DNA of 64,000 nucleotides from the human T2T-CHM13v2.0 reference genome, Homo sapiens: NCBI RefSeq assembly GCF_009914755.1, contig NC_060946.1; one strand, given 5' to 3'. Below are positions 44,501 through 59,240 of the stretch, one piece after another (position 1 is the first letter of the stretch; every line of letters starts with the position of its first letter). The translations under genes were made by a program, and so were the position numbers. Below the pieces are notes generated by a model. The model was not told the origin of the DNA. It ran no database searches and was given only the letters and a program-made list of their open reading frames with translations.

Positions 44501-46350
44501 ACTGACTGGAAGGGAATAGAATGGAATGCACCCGAATGGAATGTAATGGAAACGAATGGACTTGAATTATATGGCATGGAATGGAATAGAATCGAATGGA
44601 ATGGAATGCATTTGAATGATCTCAAAAGGAATGGTATGGAATGCAATGGAAAGGGCTTGAATGGAATGGAATGGAACTGACCCGAAGAGAATAGAATAGA
44701 ATGGACCTGAATGGAATGGAATGGAATTGAATGGATTAGAGGGGAATGAAATGGAGTGGAATGCACTCGAATTGATTGGAATGGAGTGAAATGGAAAGGA
44801 CTTGAATGGAAAGGAATTGAATGGACTGGAATGGAAAGGAATGGAATGGAATGGACTCGAATGGAATGCAAAGGAATAGACTCGAATGGAATAAAAATGA
44901 ATGGACTCGAATAAAATGGAATGGAAGGGAATGGAATGGACTCGAATGGAATGGAATGGAATGGACTCGAATGGAATGGAATGGAATGGACTCGAATGGA
45001 ATGGAATGGACACAAAGGGAATGGAATGGAATGGAATGGACTTCAATCGAACAGAATGTAATGTTATGGAATGGACTAGAATGGAACGGAATGAAATGGA
45101 GTCGAATGGATTTGCATGGAATGGAATGGAATTGAATGGAATGGAATGGAATGGAATTTAATGGAATAGAATGGAATGGAATGGACTCGAATGGAATGGA
45201 ATGGAATGGAATGGACTCGAGAGGAATGGAATTGAATGGAATGGAATGGACACGAATGGAATGGAATGGCATGGACTTGAATGGAATGGAATGGACTCAA
45301 AAGGAATGTAATGGAATGGAAACAACTAGAGTGGACAGGAAAGGAATTGAATGGAATGGAATGGACATGAATGGAATGGAGTGGCATGGACTTGAACGGA
45401 ATGGAATGGACTCGAAAGGAATGGAATGGAATGGAAACAACTAGAGTGGACTGGAATGGAATGGAATGGACTGGAATGGAATGGAATGGAATGGAATAGA
45501 ATGGAATGGACTTGAATGGAATGGAATGGAATGGACTAGAATGAAATGGAATGGAATGGATTGGAATGGAATGGACTCGAATTGAATGGAATGGAAGCAA
45601 CCCGAATGGAATGGAATGGAACGGAATGGAATGGAATGGAATGGAATGGAATGATGTGGAATGGAATGGATTTGAATGGAATAGAATGGAATGGAATGGA
45701 ATGGACTCGAAAGGAATTGAAAGGAATGGACTCGAATGGAATGGAATGGACACAAACAGGAATGGAATGTAACGGAAAGGACTCGAATGGAATACAATGG
45801 AATTCAATGGAATTGACTCTAATGGAATGGAATGGAATGGACTCGAATGGAATAGAGTGGAATGCACTGGAATGGAATGGAATGGAATGGAATGGACTCA
45901 AAAAGCATGTAATGGAATACAATGGAATGGAATCAAATGGAACAGAATGGAAGGCATTCGAATGGAATGGAATGCAATGGAATGGACTCAAATGGAATGG
46001 AATGGAAAGGACTCGAATGCAATGGACTGCAATGGAATGGACTCGAATGCAATGGAATGGAATTGACTCAAACGAAATTGAATGGAATAGACCCAAATGG
46101 AATGGAATGAATGGAATGGACTCAAATGGAATGGAATGGAATAGAGTGGCATGTGCACGAATGGAATGGAATTGGATGGAATGAATTCGAATGGAATCGA
46201 ATGGAATGGACTCGAATGAAATGGGTGGAAATGGAATGGATTCGAATGGAATGAATTGCAATGGACTCAAATGGAAGGGAATGGAATGGATTGGAATGGA
46301 ATACAATGGAATGGAATAGAATGGAACGGAATGGACTCAAATGGAATGGT

Positions 46351-46550
46351 ATGGTATCGAATGGAATGGAATGGAATGGACTCGGATGGAATGGAATGGA
46401 TTCGAAAGGAATGGAATGGAATTGAAACGAAGTGTCTGGAATGGAATGGAATGGTATCGAATGGAATGGAATGGAATGGACTCGGATGGAATGGAATGGA
46501 TTCGAAAGGAATGGAATGGAATTGAAACGAAGTGTCTGGAATGGAATGGA
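46351..46550 (+). repeat. Perfect 100-bp tandem duplication in HSat3
   Basis: ATGGTATCGA...CTCGGATGGA...TTCGAAAGGA...ATTGAAACGAAGTGTCTGGA is identical at 46351 and 46451. Confidence 0.95.
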
Positions 46551-47700
46551 ATGGAATGGAATGGAATGGAATGGACACGAATGGAATGGAATGGAATGAA
46601 ATGAACTCGAATGGAATGGAATGCAATGGACCTTAAAGGAATGGAATGGAATGGAATGGAAAGGAGTCAAATGGAATTGAATATAATGGACTGGAGTGGA
46701 ATGGAATGGAATGGAATGGACTCGAATGGAATGGAATGGAATGGACTCGACTGGAATGGAATGGACTGGAATGGAATGGAATGATGTGGAATGGAATGGA
46801 CTTGAATGGAATAGAATGGAATGGAATGGAATGGAATGGACTCGAAAGGAATGGAATGGATTCGAATGGAATGGAATGAAGATGAATGGAATGGAATGGA
46901 ATGGATTCGAATGGAATGGAATGGAGACGAATTGAATAGAATGGAATGGAATGGACTTGAATGGAATACAATGTAATTTAATGGAATGTGATGGACTCTA
47001 ATGGAATGTAATGGAATGGACTCGAATGGAATAGAATGGAATGGATGCCAATGGAATGGTATGCAATGGAATGGACTAGAATGGAATGGAATGGAATTGA
47101 ACCGTCTCAAAAGGAATGGAATGGAATGCAATGGAAAGGACTCGAATGGAATGGAATGGAATTGATTTGAATGGAATTGAAAGGAATGGAACCGAAAGGA
47201 ATGGATTGGAATGGAATGGACTCGAATGGAATGGAATGGATCTGAATGAACTCTAATGGAATGGAATGTAATAGAGTGGAATGGAATGGACTCAAATGGA
47301 ACAGAATGGAAAGAACTTAAATCAAATAGAACGGAATGGAATGGACTCGAATGGAACGGAATGGACACGAATGGAATGGAATTCAATGGAATGGAATCGA
47401 ATGGAATAGAATAGAATGGAATGGAATGTACTCGAAAAGAATGGAATGTAATGGAATCGAATGGAATAGAATGGAATGGATTCGAATGGAATGGAGTGCT
47501 ATGGAATGGACCCGAATTGAATGGAATGGAATGGAATGGAATCGAATGGAATGGAATGGAATGGAATGGAATCGAATTGAATGGAATGGAATGGAATGGA
47601 ATCGAATGGAATGGAATGGAATGGAATGGAATCGAATGGAATGGAATGGAATGGAATCGAATGGAATGGAATGGAATGGAATCCAATGGAATGGAATGGA

Positions 47701-47820
47701 ATGGAATGGTCTCGAATAGAATGGAATGGAATGAACCTGAATGAAATGGAAAGGAATGGAATGGAATGGTCTCGAATAGAATGGAATGGAATGAACCTGA
47801 ATGAAATGGAAAGGAATGGA
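47701..47820 (+). repeat. Perfect 60-bp tandem duplication in HSat3
   Basis: 47701-47760 and 47761-47820 are identical (ATGGAATGGTCTCGAATAGA...ATGAACCTGAATGAAATGGAAAGGAATGGA). Confidence 0.95.
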
Positions 47821-50287
47821 AAGGAATGGACTCGAATGGAATGGAATGAATTGGAATGAACCAGAATGGAATGGAATAGAATGGAAAGAAATGGAGGCGA
47901 ATGGAATGCAGTGGAATGGAATGGACCCGAATGGAGCGGAATGGAATTTAATGAAGTCCAATGGAATGGAATGGAACTGACACGAATGGAATGGGATCGA
48001 TTGGAATGGAAACGAATGGAATGGAATGGAAAGGAATGAAATGGAATGGTAAGCTATGGAAAGGAAAGCACATGAATGGAATAGGATGGAATGGAATGGA
48101 AACGAATTGAATGGATTGGAAAGGACACGAATGCAATGGAATGCAATGGAATGGAATGGAATGGAAAGGATTGGAATGGTATGGAATGCAATGGAATGGA
48201 ATGGACTTGAATGGAATAGAATGGAATGGAATGGAATGGACTCGAAAGGAATACAATAGAATTTAATGTAATGGACTCTAATGGAATGGAATGGAATGGA
48301 CTCCAATGTAATAGAATGGAATAGACGCGGATGGAATGGAATGCAATGGAATGGAATCGAATGGAAAGGAATGGAATGGAATCCAATGGAATTGAATGGA
48401 CTCGAAAGGAATGGAATGGAATGGACTCGAATGGAATGGAATGGAATGGACTCGAATTGAATGGAATGGAATGGAATGGACTCGAATGGAATGGAATGGA
48501 ATTGACTCTAATGCAATTGAATGGAGTGAACCCGAGTGGAATGGATTGGAATGGAATGGACTCGAATTGAATGGAATGGAATGGTTTGGGCTCAAATGGA
48601 ATGGAATGGAATGGAATGGAATGGATTCAAATGGAATGGAATGGAATGGACTCAAATGGAATACATTGGAATGGAATGGACTCGAATGCAATGGAATGGA
48701 ATGGACTCGAATGGAATGGAATGGACTCGAACGGAATGGAGTGGAATGGACTCGAATGGAATGGAACGGAATTGAATTGACTCGAATGGAATGGAATGTA
48801 ACAGAATGGAATGAACTCGAACGAAATGGAATGTAATGGAATGAAATGGACTCGATGGAATGGAATGGAATGGAATGGACTTGAACGGAATGGAAGGGAT
48901 TGGAACGGAATGGAATGGAATGGAATGGTATGCAATCAAATGGAATGCATTTGAATTGAATGGACCCGAAAAGAATGGAAAGGAATGGAATGGAATGGAA
49001 TGGAATGGAATGGAATGGAATGGAATCGAACGGAACTTAGTGGAATGAAGTGGACTTGAATGAAATGGAATGGAATGGACTCGAACGAACTGGAATGGAC
49101 TCAAATGGAATGGAATAGATTGGAGTGGAATGGAATGGAATAGATTCGAATGAAAGGGAATGCAGTGGAATGAACTCGAATGGCATGCAATGTAATGGAA
49201 TAGACTCGAATCGAATGGATTGGAGTGGACTTGAATGGAATGGAATGGAATGGAGCCAAAAGGAATAGAACGGAATGGAATGAAATGAAATGTAATGGAA
49301 TGGAGAGGAATGGAATGGAATGGAATGGAATGGACTCAAATGGAATGGAATGGAATGCAATGGACTCAAGTGGAAATGAATGGAATTGAATGGAAGGGAC
49401 TCAAATGAAATGGAATGGAATGGACTCGAATGTAATGGAATGGACTCGAATAGATTGGAATGGAATGGAATGATCTCGAATGGAATGGAATGGAATGGAC
49501 TCAAGTGGAATGGAATGGAATGGACACGAATGGAGTTGAATTGAATGGAATGGACTCGAATGTTATGGAATGGAATGGACATGAATGGAATGGAATGGAA
49601 TGGACTGTTATAGAATGGAATGGAAAGGAATTCACCAGAATGGAATGGACTCGAATAGAATGGAAAGGTCTCGAGTGGAAAGGAATGGAACGGAATGCAC
49701 TCGAATGGAATGGAGAGGAGTGGATTCGAATGGAATGGAATGGAATGGAATGGATTTGAGTCGGAGGGAATGTAATGGTATGGAATGGACTCGAGTGGAA
49801 TGGACTCGAATGGAATGGAATAGACTCGAATGGAATGGAATGGACTCGAATGGAATGGAATGCAATGGAATGGACTCGAATGGAATGGAATGGAATTGAC
49901 TCGAGTGGGATTGAATGGATTGGACCTGAATGGAATGGATTGGAATGGAATGGACTCGAATTGAATGGAATGGAATGGATTGTGCTAAAATGGAATGGAA
50001 TGGAATGGAATGGAATGGAATGGAATGGAATGGAATGGAATGGGTTCGAATTGAATGGAATGGAATGGACTCAAATGGAATAGCATGGAATGGAATGGAC
50101 TCGAATGCAATGGAAAGGAATGCACTCGAATGGAATGGAATGGACTCAAAAGCAATGGAGTGGAATGGAATCGATTGGAATGGAATAGAATTGAATGGAC
50201 TCGAATGGAATGGAATGTAACGGAATGGAATGAACTCGAATGGAATGGAATGTAGTGGAATGAAATGGACTCGAATGGAATGGAATG

Positions 50288-50306
50288 GAATGGACTCGAA
50301 TGGAAT
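50288..50306. other. Co-oriented HSat3-to-HSat2 junction through a 19-bp shared motif
   Basis: GAATGGACTCGAATGGAAT is preceded by (TGGAA)n and followed by CATCATCGAATGGAATCG. The motif is common in both families. Confidence 0.88.
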
Positions 50307-53300
50307 CATCATCGAATGGAATCGAATGGAATCATCGAATGGAACAGAATGGAATCATCATCGAATGGAATCGAATGGAATTATTGAATGAAATCGAATT
50401 GAATCATCATCGAATGGAATTGAATGGAATCATCATCGAATGGAATTGAATGAAACCATCAACGAATGTAATCAAATGGAATCATCGAACAGAATCTAAT
50501 GGAATCATCATCGAATGGGACAGAATGGAATCATCATCAAATGGAACCTAATGGAGTCACCACCGAATTGAATCGAATGGAGTCATCATCAAATGGAAAC
50601 AAATGAATCGTCATCGAATGGAATCATCATCGAATGGAACTGAATGGAACGATCGACTGGAATAGAATAGAATGAACATCGAATGGAATCAATGGGAATA
50701 ATCAAATGGAATCGAATGGTATCATCGAACAGAATTGAAAGGAATCATCAATTGGACTCGAATGGAATCATCACCAAATTGAATTGAAAGGAATCTTCGA
50801 ATGAACTCTAATGGAATAATCATCGAATGGAATGGAATGGAATCATTGAATGGACTCTAATGGAAACATCATTGAATGAAATCGAATGGAATCATCAAAC
50901 GGAAACGAATGGAATAATCATCATATGGAATCGAATGGAATTATCAAATGGAATCGAATGGAATCATCATTGAATGGAATAGAGTGGGATCACAGAATGG
51001 TATCGAATGGAATCATCATCAAATGGAATCAAATGGAATCTTCGAATGGACTCGAATGGAATCATCATTGAATGGAGTCGAATGGAATGATCATCGAATA
51101 GAATCGATTGGAATCACCGAATGGAATCGAATGGAATCATCATCAAAAGGAATCGAAGTGAATCATCAAATGGAATCGAAAGGAATCATCGAATGGAATC
51201 AAATGGAATCATCATCGAATGGAATCGAATAGAATAATCATCAATTAATGGAATTGAATGGAATCATCGAATGGAAACTAATGGAATCATCATCGAATGG
51301 AATCGAATGGAATCGTCATCAAATGTAATTGAATGGAATCATCAAATGGAATCGAATGGAATCATCATCAAATGGAATCGAAGTGAATCATCAAATGGAA
51401 TCGAATGGAATCATCAAATGGAAACGAATGGAATCATCATCAAATTTACTCTAATGGAATCATCATCAAATGGAATCGTATGGAGTCATCGAATGGACTC
51501 GAATGAAATCATCAAATGGGCTTGAAAGGAATCATCAATGGAATCGAATAGAATCATCAAAAGTAATCGAATCTAATTATCATTGAATGGAATCGAATGG
51601 AATCATCATCGAATGGAAACGAATTGAATAATAGAATGGAATCGAATGAAATCATCGAATGGACTCGAATGGAATCATCATCGAACGGAATTAAATGGAA
51701 TCATAGAATGGAATTGGAAGGAGTCATCATCAAATGCAATCGAATGGAGTCACCATTGAATGGAAACGAATGGAATCATCATCGAATGGAATCGAATGGA
51801 CTCATCGAATGAACTCAAATGGAATAATCATCGAATGGACATGAATGGAATCATTGAATGGCATCGAATGGAATGATCATCGAATGGAATCGAATGGAAT
51901 CATCATCGAGTAGAATCGAATGGAATCATTGAGTGGACTCGAATGGAATCATCATCAAATGGAATTGAATGGAATCATGGAATGGACTCGAATGGTATCA
52001 TCATCTAATGGAAACTAACGGAATCTTTGAATGGACTCGAATGGAATGATTGAATGCAAGCGAATGGAATCATTAAACGGACTTGAGTGGAATCATCATC
52101 TAATGGAATTGAATGGAATCATCATCAAAATGAATCGAAGGGAATAATCATGGAATGGAATTGAATGGAATAATCATTGAAAGGAATCATCTAATGGAAT
52201 TGAATGGAATCATCATTGAATGGAGTCATCATCGAATGGAATCGAATGGAAGCATCAACAAATGTAATCAAAAGGAGTCATCATCAAATGGAATGGAAAG
52301 GATTCATCAAGGAATGGCATTGAATGGAACAATCATCGAACGGAAATGAATGGAATTATGGAGTGCACTCAAATGGAATCATCATCGAATGGAATCAAAT
52401 GGTATCATTGAATGGACTCAAAAGGAATCATCATTGAATGGAATCGAATGGAATCATTGAATGGACTTTAATGGAATCATCATCGAATGGAATCGAAAGG
52501 AATCATCAAATGGACTCGATTGGAATCATCATCGAATGGAATGGAATGGAATCATCGAATGGAATCATCAACAAATGGAATTGAATGGAATCATCGAATG
52601 GAATAGAATGGAATAATCATCAAATGGAATCGAATGGAATCATTGAATGGGCTCAAATGGAATCATCATCAAATGGAATTGAATGGAATCATCGAATGGC
52701 AGTGAATGTAACCATCATCTAATGCAATGGAATGGAATCATCGAATGGAATCATCGAATGGACTCGAATGGAAATATCATCGAATTGAATCGAATGGAAT
52801 ACTCATGGAATTGAATAGAATGGACTCATCATCAAATAGAATCGAATGCAATCATCAAATGGAATCAAATGGAAACATCAAATGAACTCAAATGGAATCA
52901 TAGAATGGAATCGAATGGAATCATTGCATGGAATCATCATCGAATGGATTCGAATGGAATCATCGAATAGACTCGAATGCAATTGTCATCGAATGGAACT
53001 GAACAGAATCATTGAATGGACTCGAATGGAATCACCATCAAATGGAATCGAATGGAATCATCATTGAATGAAATCGAATGGAATCATCATTGAATGAAAT
53101 CGAATGGAATCATTGAATGGCATCGGATGGAATCACCATTGAATGGAATCAAATGGAATCATCGAATGGCCTCGGATGGAATCATCATTGATTGGAATCA
53201 CATGAAATCATCGAATGGAATCGAATGGAATGATCATCAAATGGAATCGAAGGGAATCATCGAATGGAATAGAATGGAATCATCGAATGGAATCTAATAG

Positions 53301-56300
53301 AATCATCGAATGGATCCGAATGGAATCATAATCTAATGGAATCGAATGGAATCTTTGAAAGGACTCGAAAGGAATAATCATTGAATGGAATCGAATGGAA
53401 TCATCGATGGACTCGAATAAAAACATCATCGAATGAAATCGAATGGAAAAATCGAAAGGAATCAAATGAAATCATCATCGAATGGAATCATCTCATGAAC
53501 TGGAATGGAATCTTCATTGAAAGGAATCGAATTGTGTCATAGAATGGACACGAATGGAATCCTCATGGAATAGAATCAAATGGAATCATCGAATGGACTC
53601 GAATGGAATACTCATCACATGGAATCGAATGCAATCATCGAATGGAATGCAATGCAATCATCATCGAATGGAAATTAATGGAATAATCGAATGGAATTGA
53701 ATAGAGTCACCATCAAATGGATTCGAAAAGAATCATCATCCAAAGGAATCGAATGGAATCAACAAATGGAATCGAATGGAATCATCATCTAATGGAATCA
53801 AATGGAATTATCGAATGGAATCGAATGGAATCATCATCGAATTGAATAGAATGGAATCATCATCGAATGGAATTGAAAGGAATCATCATCTAAAGGAATC
53901 GAAGTGAATCATTGAATGGAATAGAAAGAAATCATCGAATGGAATCCAATGGAATCATCATCAAATGGACTTGAATGGAAACTTCATCGAATGGAATCAT
54001 CAAATGGACTCGAATGGAATCATCAAATGGAATCATATAGAATCATCAAACGGAATCGAATGAACCATCATTGAATGGAATGGAATGGAAACGTCAAATG
54101 GACTCGAATGAAATCATCATCAAATGGAATCAAATGGAATCAGTGAATGGAATTGAATGCAATCATAATCGAATGGAATCATCGAATGGAATCGTATGGA
54201 ATCATCATCGAATGGAATCAAATGGAATCATCAAATGGCATCGAATGAAATCATCATCGAATCGAATCGAATGGAGTCATCTAATGGATGCGAATGGAAT
54301 CATCATCGAATGAAAATGAATGGAATAATCAAATGGACACGAATGGAATTTTCATTGAATGGAATTGAATGGAATCATCATCAAACGGAATTGATTTGAA
54401 TCCTCATCGGATGGAATCGAATGGAATCATCAAATGGAATAGAAAGGAATCATCATCGAATGGAATTGAATAGAAACATTGAATGAAAACAAATGGAGTC
54501 ATCATCGAATGGAATCAGAATCGAATGGAATATAATGGAATCATCAACAAATGGAATCAAATGGAATCATCATCGAATGGAATCGAATGGAATCATCAAC
54601 AAATGGAATCCAATGGAATCATCATCAAACGGAATGGAATGGAATGATCAAATGGGCTCGAATGGAATCATTGAATGGACTCGAATGGAATCATCATCGA
54701 AAGGAATCTAATGGAAACATTGAATGGACTTGAATGGAATCATCATTGGATGGAATTGAATGGAATCATCAAATGGACTCAAATGGAATCATCGAATGGA
54801 CTCTAATGGAATCATCGAATGGACTCGATTGGAATCAGCATTGAATGGAATCGAATGGAATCATCAAATGGACTTGAATGAAATCATCATCGAATGAAAT
54901 GGAATGGAATCATCATCGAATGGAATCGAGTGGAATCATCATCGAATGGAATCAAATGGGATCATCATCGAATGGAATCAAATGGGATCATCATCGAATG
55001 GAGTTGAATGGAATTATCAAAGAATGGAATCCAGTGGTATCATCATCAAATGGAACCGAATGGAATCATCAAATGGACTCAAATGGAATCATTGAATAGA
55101 TTCGAATGGAATCATCATCGAATGAAATCGAATGGAAAAATTGAATGGACTCGAATGGAACCATCATTGAATGGAAACCAAAGGAATCATCATCTAATGA
55201 AATGAAATGGAATCATAGAATGGACACAAATGGAATCATCATCGAATGGTATTGAATGGAATCATCGAAAAGAATCGACGGAATCATGATCAAATGGACT
55301 CGAATGGAATCATCATGGAATGGAATCAAATGGAATCATCAATGAATGGAATCCAATGGTATCATCATCAAATGGAACCGAAAGGAATCATCAAGTGGAC
55401 TCAAATGGAATCATCGAATGGAATCGAATGGAATCATCATCGAATGGAATCGAATGGAAACATCGAATGGAATCGAATGGAAACATCATTGAATGGAATC
55501 ATCATCAAACGGAATCTATTTGAATCCTCATTGGATAGAATCGAATGGAATCATCAAATGGAATAGAAAGGAATCATCATCGAATGCAATCGAATAGAAT
55601 CATCAAATGAAAAGGAACGGAATCATCATCGAATGGAATCGAATGGAATCATCAACGAATGGAATCGAATGGAATCATCGTCTAATGGAATCAAATGGAA
55701 TCATCAACGAATGGAATAGCATGGAATCATCGAATGGAATCTCATGGCATCATCATCACATGGAACCGAATGGAATCATCATGGAGTGTAATCTAATGGA
55801 ATCATCATTGAATGGAATCCAATGGGATCACTGAATTGAATGGAATGATCATCGAATGGAATCAAAGGGAATCATCAAATGGGATAGAAGGGAATCATAG
55901 AATGGAATCGAATGGAATCATCGAATGGATTCAAATGGAATCACCATCAAATGGAAAAGAATGGAATCATCAAAAGGACTCGAATGGAATCATCAAGGAA
56001 TAGAATCAAATGGAATAATTGAATAGACACGAATGGAATCATCATTTAATGGAATCAAATGGAATCATCGAATGGACTCAAATGGAATCATCATTGAATG
56101 GAATCGAATGGAATCATCGAATGACATTGAATAGAATAATCAATGAATGGAATCTTAAGGAATAATCGAATGGACTCGAATGGAATAATCGAATGGACTC
56201 GAGTGGAATCATCATCGAATGGAATCGAATGGAATCATCAAATGGACTCAAATGGAATCATCATTGAATGGAATGGAATGAAATCATCGAATGGACTCGA

Positions 56301-58264
56301 GTGGAATCATCATCGAATGGAATGGAATGGAATCATCGAATGGACTCAAATGGAATCATCATCGAATGGAATGGAATGGAATCATCGAATGGACTCGAAT
56401 GGAATCATCATCAAATGGAATCTAATGGAATCATCGAAGGTACTGGAATGGAATCATAATCAAATGGAATCGAATGGAATCATTGAATGACATCGAATGG
56501 AATCCTCATTGAATGGAATGGAATGGAGTCATCAAATGGAATCCAATGGAATCATCATCGAATGGAATCAAATGGAATCATCAAATGGAATCGAATGGAA
56601 CCATCGGATGGAATCGAATGGAATCATCATCGAATGGAATCGAATTGAATCATCGAATGGAATCGAATGCAATCATCTCAAACAGAATCAAATAGAACCA
56701 TCCAATGAAATCAAATGGAATCATCATCGAATAGAATCAAATGGAACCATAGAATGGTATCGAATGGAATCATCATCAAATGGAATCAAAAGCAAAAATC
56801 GAATGGATTCGAAAAGAATCATCAAATGGACATGAATGGAATCATCATCCAATGGAATGAAATGGAATTAACGAATGGAATCGAATGGAATCATCATCAA
56901 ATGGAATCAAATGGAATCATCTAATGGACAGTAATGGAATCCTCATTGAATGGAATCGAATGGAATAATCAAATGGAGACGAATGGAATCCCCATCGAAT
57001 GGAAGTGAATGGAATCATCAAATGGACCCAAATGCAATCATCATCGAATGGAATTGAACAGAATCTTTGTTGAATAGACTCGAATGGAATCATCAAATGG
57101 ACTCAAATTGAATCATTGAATGGAATTGAATGGTATCATCACAGAATGAATTGAATGGAATCATCGAATGGTCTCGAAAGGAATAATTATCAAATGCAAT
57201 CGAATGTAATCACCGAATAGAATCGAATGGAATAATCATCGAATGGACTCGAATGGAATCATCATCAAATGGAATCGAATGGAATTATTGAATGGAATCG
57301 AATAGAATCATCGAATGGACTCTAATGGAATCATCGAATGGAATGTAATGGAATAATCAATGAACTCGAATGGAATCATCATTGAATGGAAACGAATGGA
57401 ATCATTGAATGGAATTGAATGGAAACATCATCGAATGCAATCGAATGGAATCATCACCGACTTGAATAGAAAAGAATCATCAGCAAATGGAATCGAATGG
57501 AATCATCATGGAATGGAATCCAAAGGAATCATCATTGAATGCAACCAAATGGAATCGTCATCGAATGGACCGAAAGGAGTCATCATCGAATGGAATCGCA
57601 TGGAATCATCATCAAATGGAATTGAATGGAACCATCATCAAATGGAATCTAATGGAATCATTGAATGGAATTGAACGGAATCATTATCAAATGAATTCAA
57701 TGTAATCATTGAATGGTCTCGAATGGAATCATCATCAAATGGAATCACAAGGAATAATCGAATAGAATCGAATGGAATAATCATCGAATGTACTAGAATG
57801 GAATCTTCATTGAATGGAATCGAATGGAATCATTGAATGGACTCGAATGGAATCATCATCAAATGGAATCAAATGGAAACATCGAATGGACTCGAATGTA
57901 ATCATCATCAAATGGAAACAAATGGAATCATTGAATGGACTCGAATGGAATCATTGAATGGACTCGAATGGAATCATGGAATGGACTCAAATGGAATCAT
58001 CATCGAATGGTATCAAATGGAAAAATTGAATTTACTCGAATGGAATCATCAAATGGAATCGAATGGAATCATCATCAGATGGAAACGAATGGAATCATCA
58101 TCGAATGGAATCAAATGGAATCATCGAATGGAATCAGATGGAATCATCATCGAATGGAATCAAATAGAATCATCATCGAAAGGAATCAAAGGTAATCATG
58201 GAATGGAATCGAAGGTAATCATGGAATGGAATCAAATGGAATTATCATCGAATGGGATGGAATG

Positions 58265-59240
58265 GAATCATCATCAAAAGGAATCGAAGAGAATCATGGA
58301 ATGGAATCGATTGGAATCATCGAATGGAATCGAATGGAATCATCATCAAATGGACTCGACTGGAATTATCATCGAATGGATTCGAATGGAATCATTGAAT
58401 GGACTCGAATGGAATAATCGAATGGAGAAGAATGGAATCATCGAATGGAATCAAATGGAATCATCAAATGGACTCGAATGGAAACATCATCGAATGGAAT
58501 CAAATGGAATCATTGAATGGCATCGAATAGAATCATCAAGGAATGGAATCTAAGGGAATAATCGAACGGACTCAAATGGAATCATTGAATGGACTCGATT
58601 GGAATCATCATCGAATGGAATCAGCGAATGGACTCGAATGGAATCATCAAATGGAATCCAATGGAATCATCGAAAGGACTCAAATGGAATCATCATCGAA
58701 TGGAATTAAATGGAGAAATCGAATGGAGTCCGTTGGAATCATCATCAAATAGAACCGAATGCAGTCATCATCAACTGGAATCGAATGGAATCATCATGAT
58801 TGGAATCAAATGGAATCATCATGAATGGAATCGAATGGAATCATCATAGAAAGGAATCGAAGGGAATCATGGAATGGAATCGAATGGAATCATCGAATGG
58901 AATTGAATGGAATTATCATCGAATGGACTCGAATGGAATTATCATCGAATGGACTCAAATGGAATTATCATCAAATGGAATCAAATGGAATCATCGAATG
59001 GACTCGAATGGAATAATCGAATGGAGAAGAATGCAATCAACAAATGGAATCGAATGGAATCATCGAATGGACTCGAATGGAAACATCATCGAATGGAATC
59101 AAATGGAATCATTGAATGGCATCAAATAGAATCATCAAGGAATGGAATCTAAGGGAATAATCGAATGGACTTGAATGGAATCATTGAATGGGCTCGATTG
59201 GAATCCTCATCGAATGGAATCATCGAATAGACTCGAATGG
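58265..59240 (+). repeat. Two diverged copies of an about 0.38-kb HSat2 segment at 0.57-0.6-kb spacing
   Basis: GGAATAATCGAATGGAGAAGAATG and AATAGAATCATCAAGGAATGGAATCTAAGGGAATAATCGAA each occur twice; TAAGGGAATA at 58551 and 59150 (offset 599). Confidence 0.85.

Larger units (their letters stand above)
30756..50306 (-). repeat. Human satellite III (HSat3) array, (GGAAT)n on +, GGACTCGAAT-rich; about 19.5 kb
   Basis: 5-bp-phased GGAAT repeat with variants GGACT-CGAAT, GGAAA, GCAAT, GTAAT, AGAAT and essentially no CATCATC. Pure runs of 10-11 GGAAT at 41101-41150, 41480-41534 and 49992-50041. Confidence 0.96.

Noticed and set aside
30740-50255. Plus-strand MEWNG-repeat ORFs resembling pentapeptide-repeat proteins
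   Set aside because: Direct translation of (GGAAT)n, overlapping in all three frames; not a protein family.
30756-50306. HSat3 block as a mobile element between inverted repeats
   Set aside because: No transposase or reverse transcriptase, no target-site duplication and no precise terminal inverted repeats; the flanks are only loosely related satellite arrays.
57837-58553. 238-aa MESNGIIEWN-type ORF and similar ORFs in both HSat2 blocks
   Set aside because: Translation of 23/26-bp HSat2 units; frames interchange and stops arise at random.
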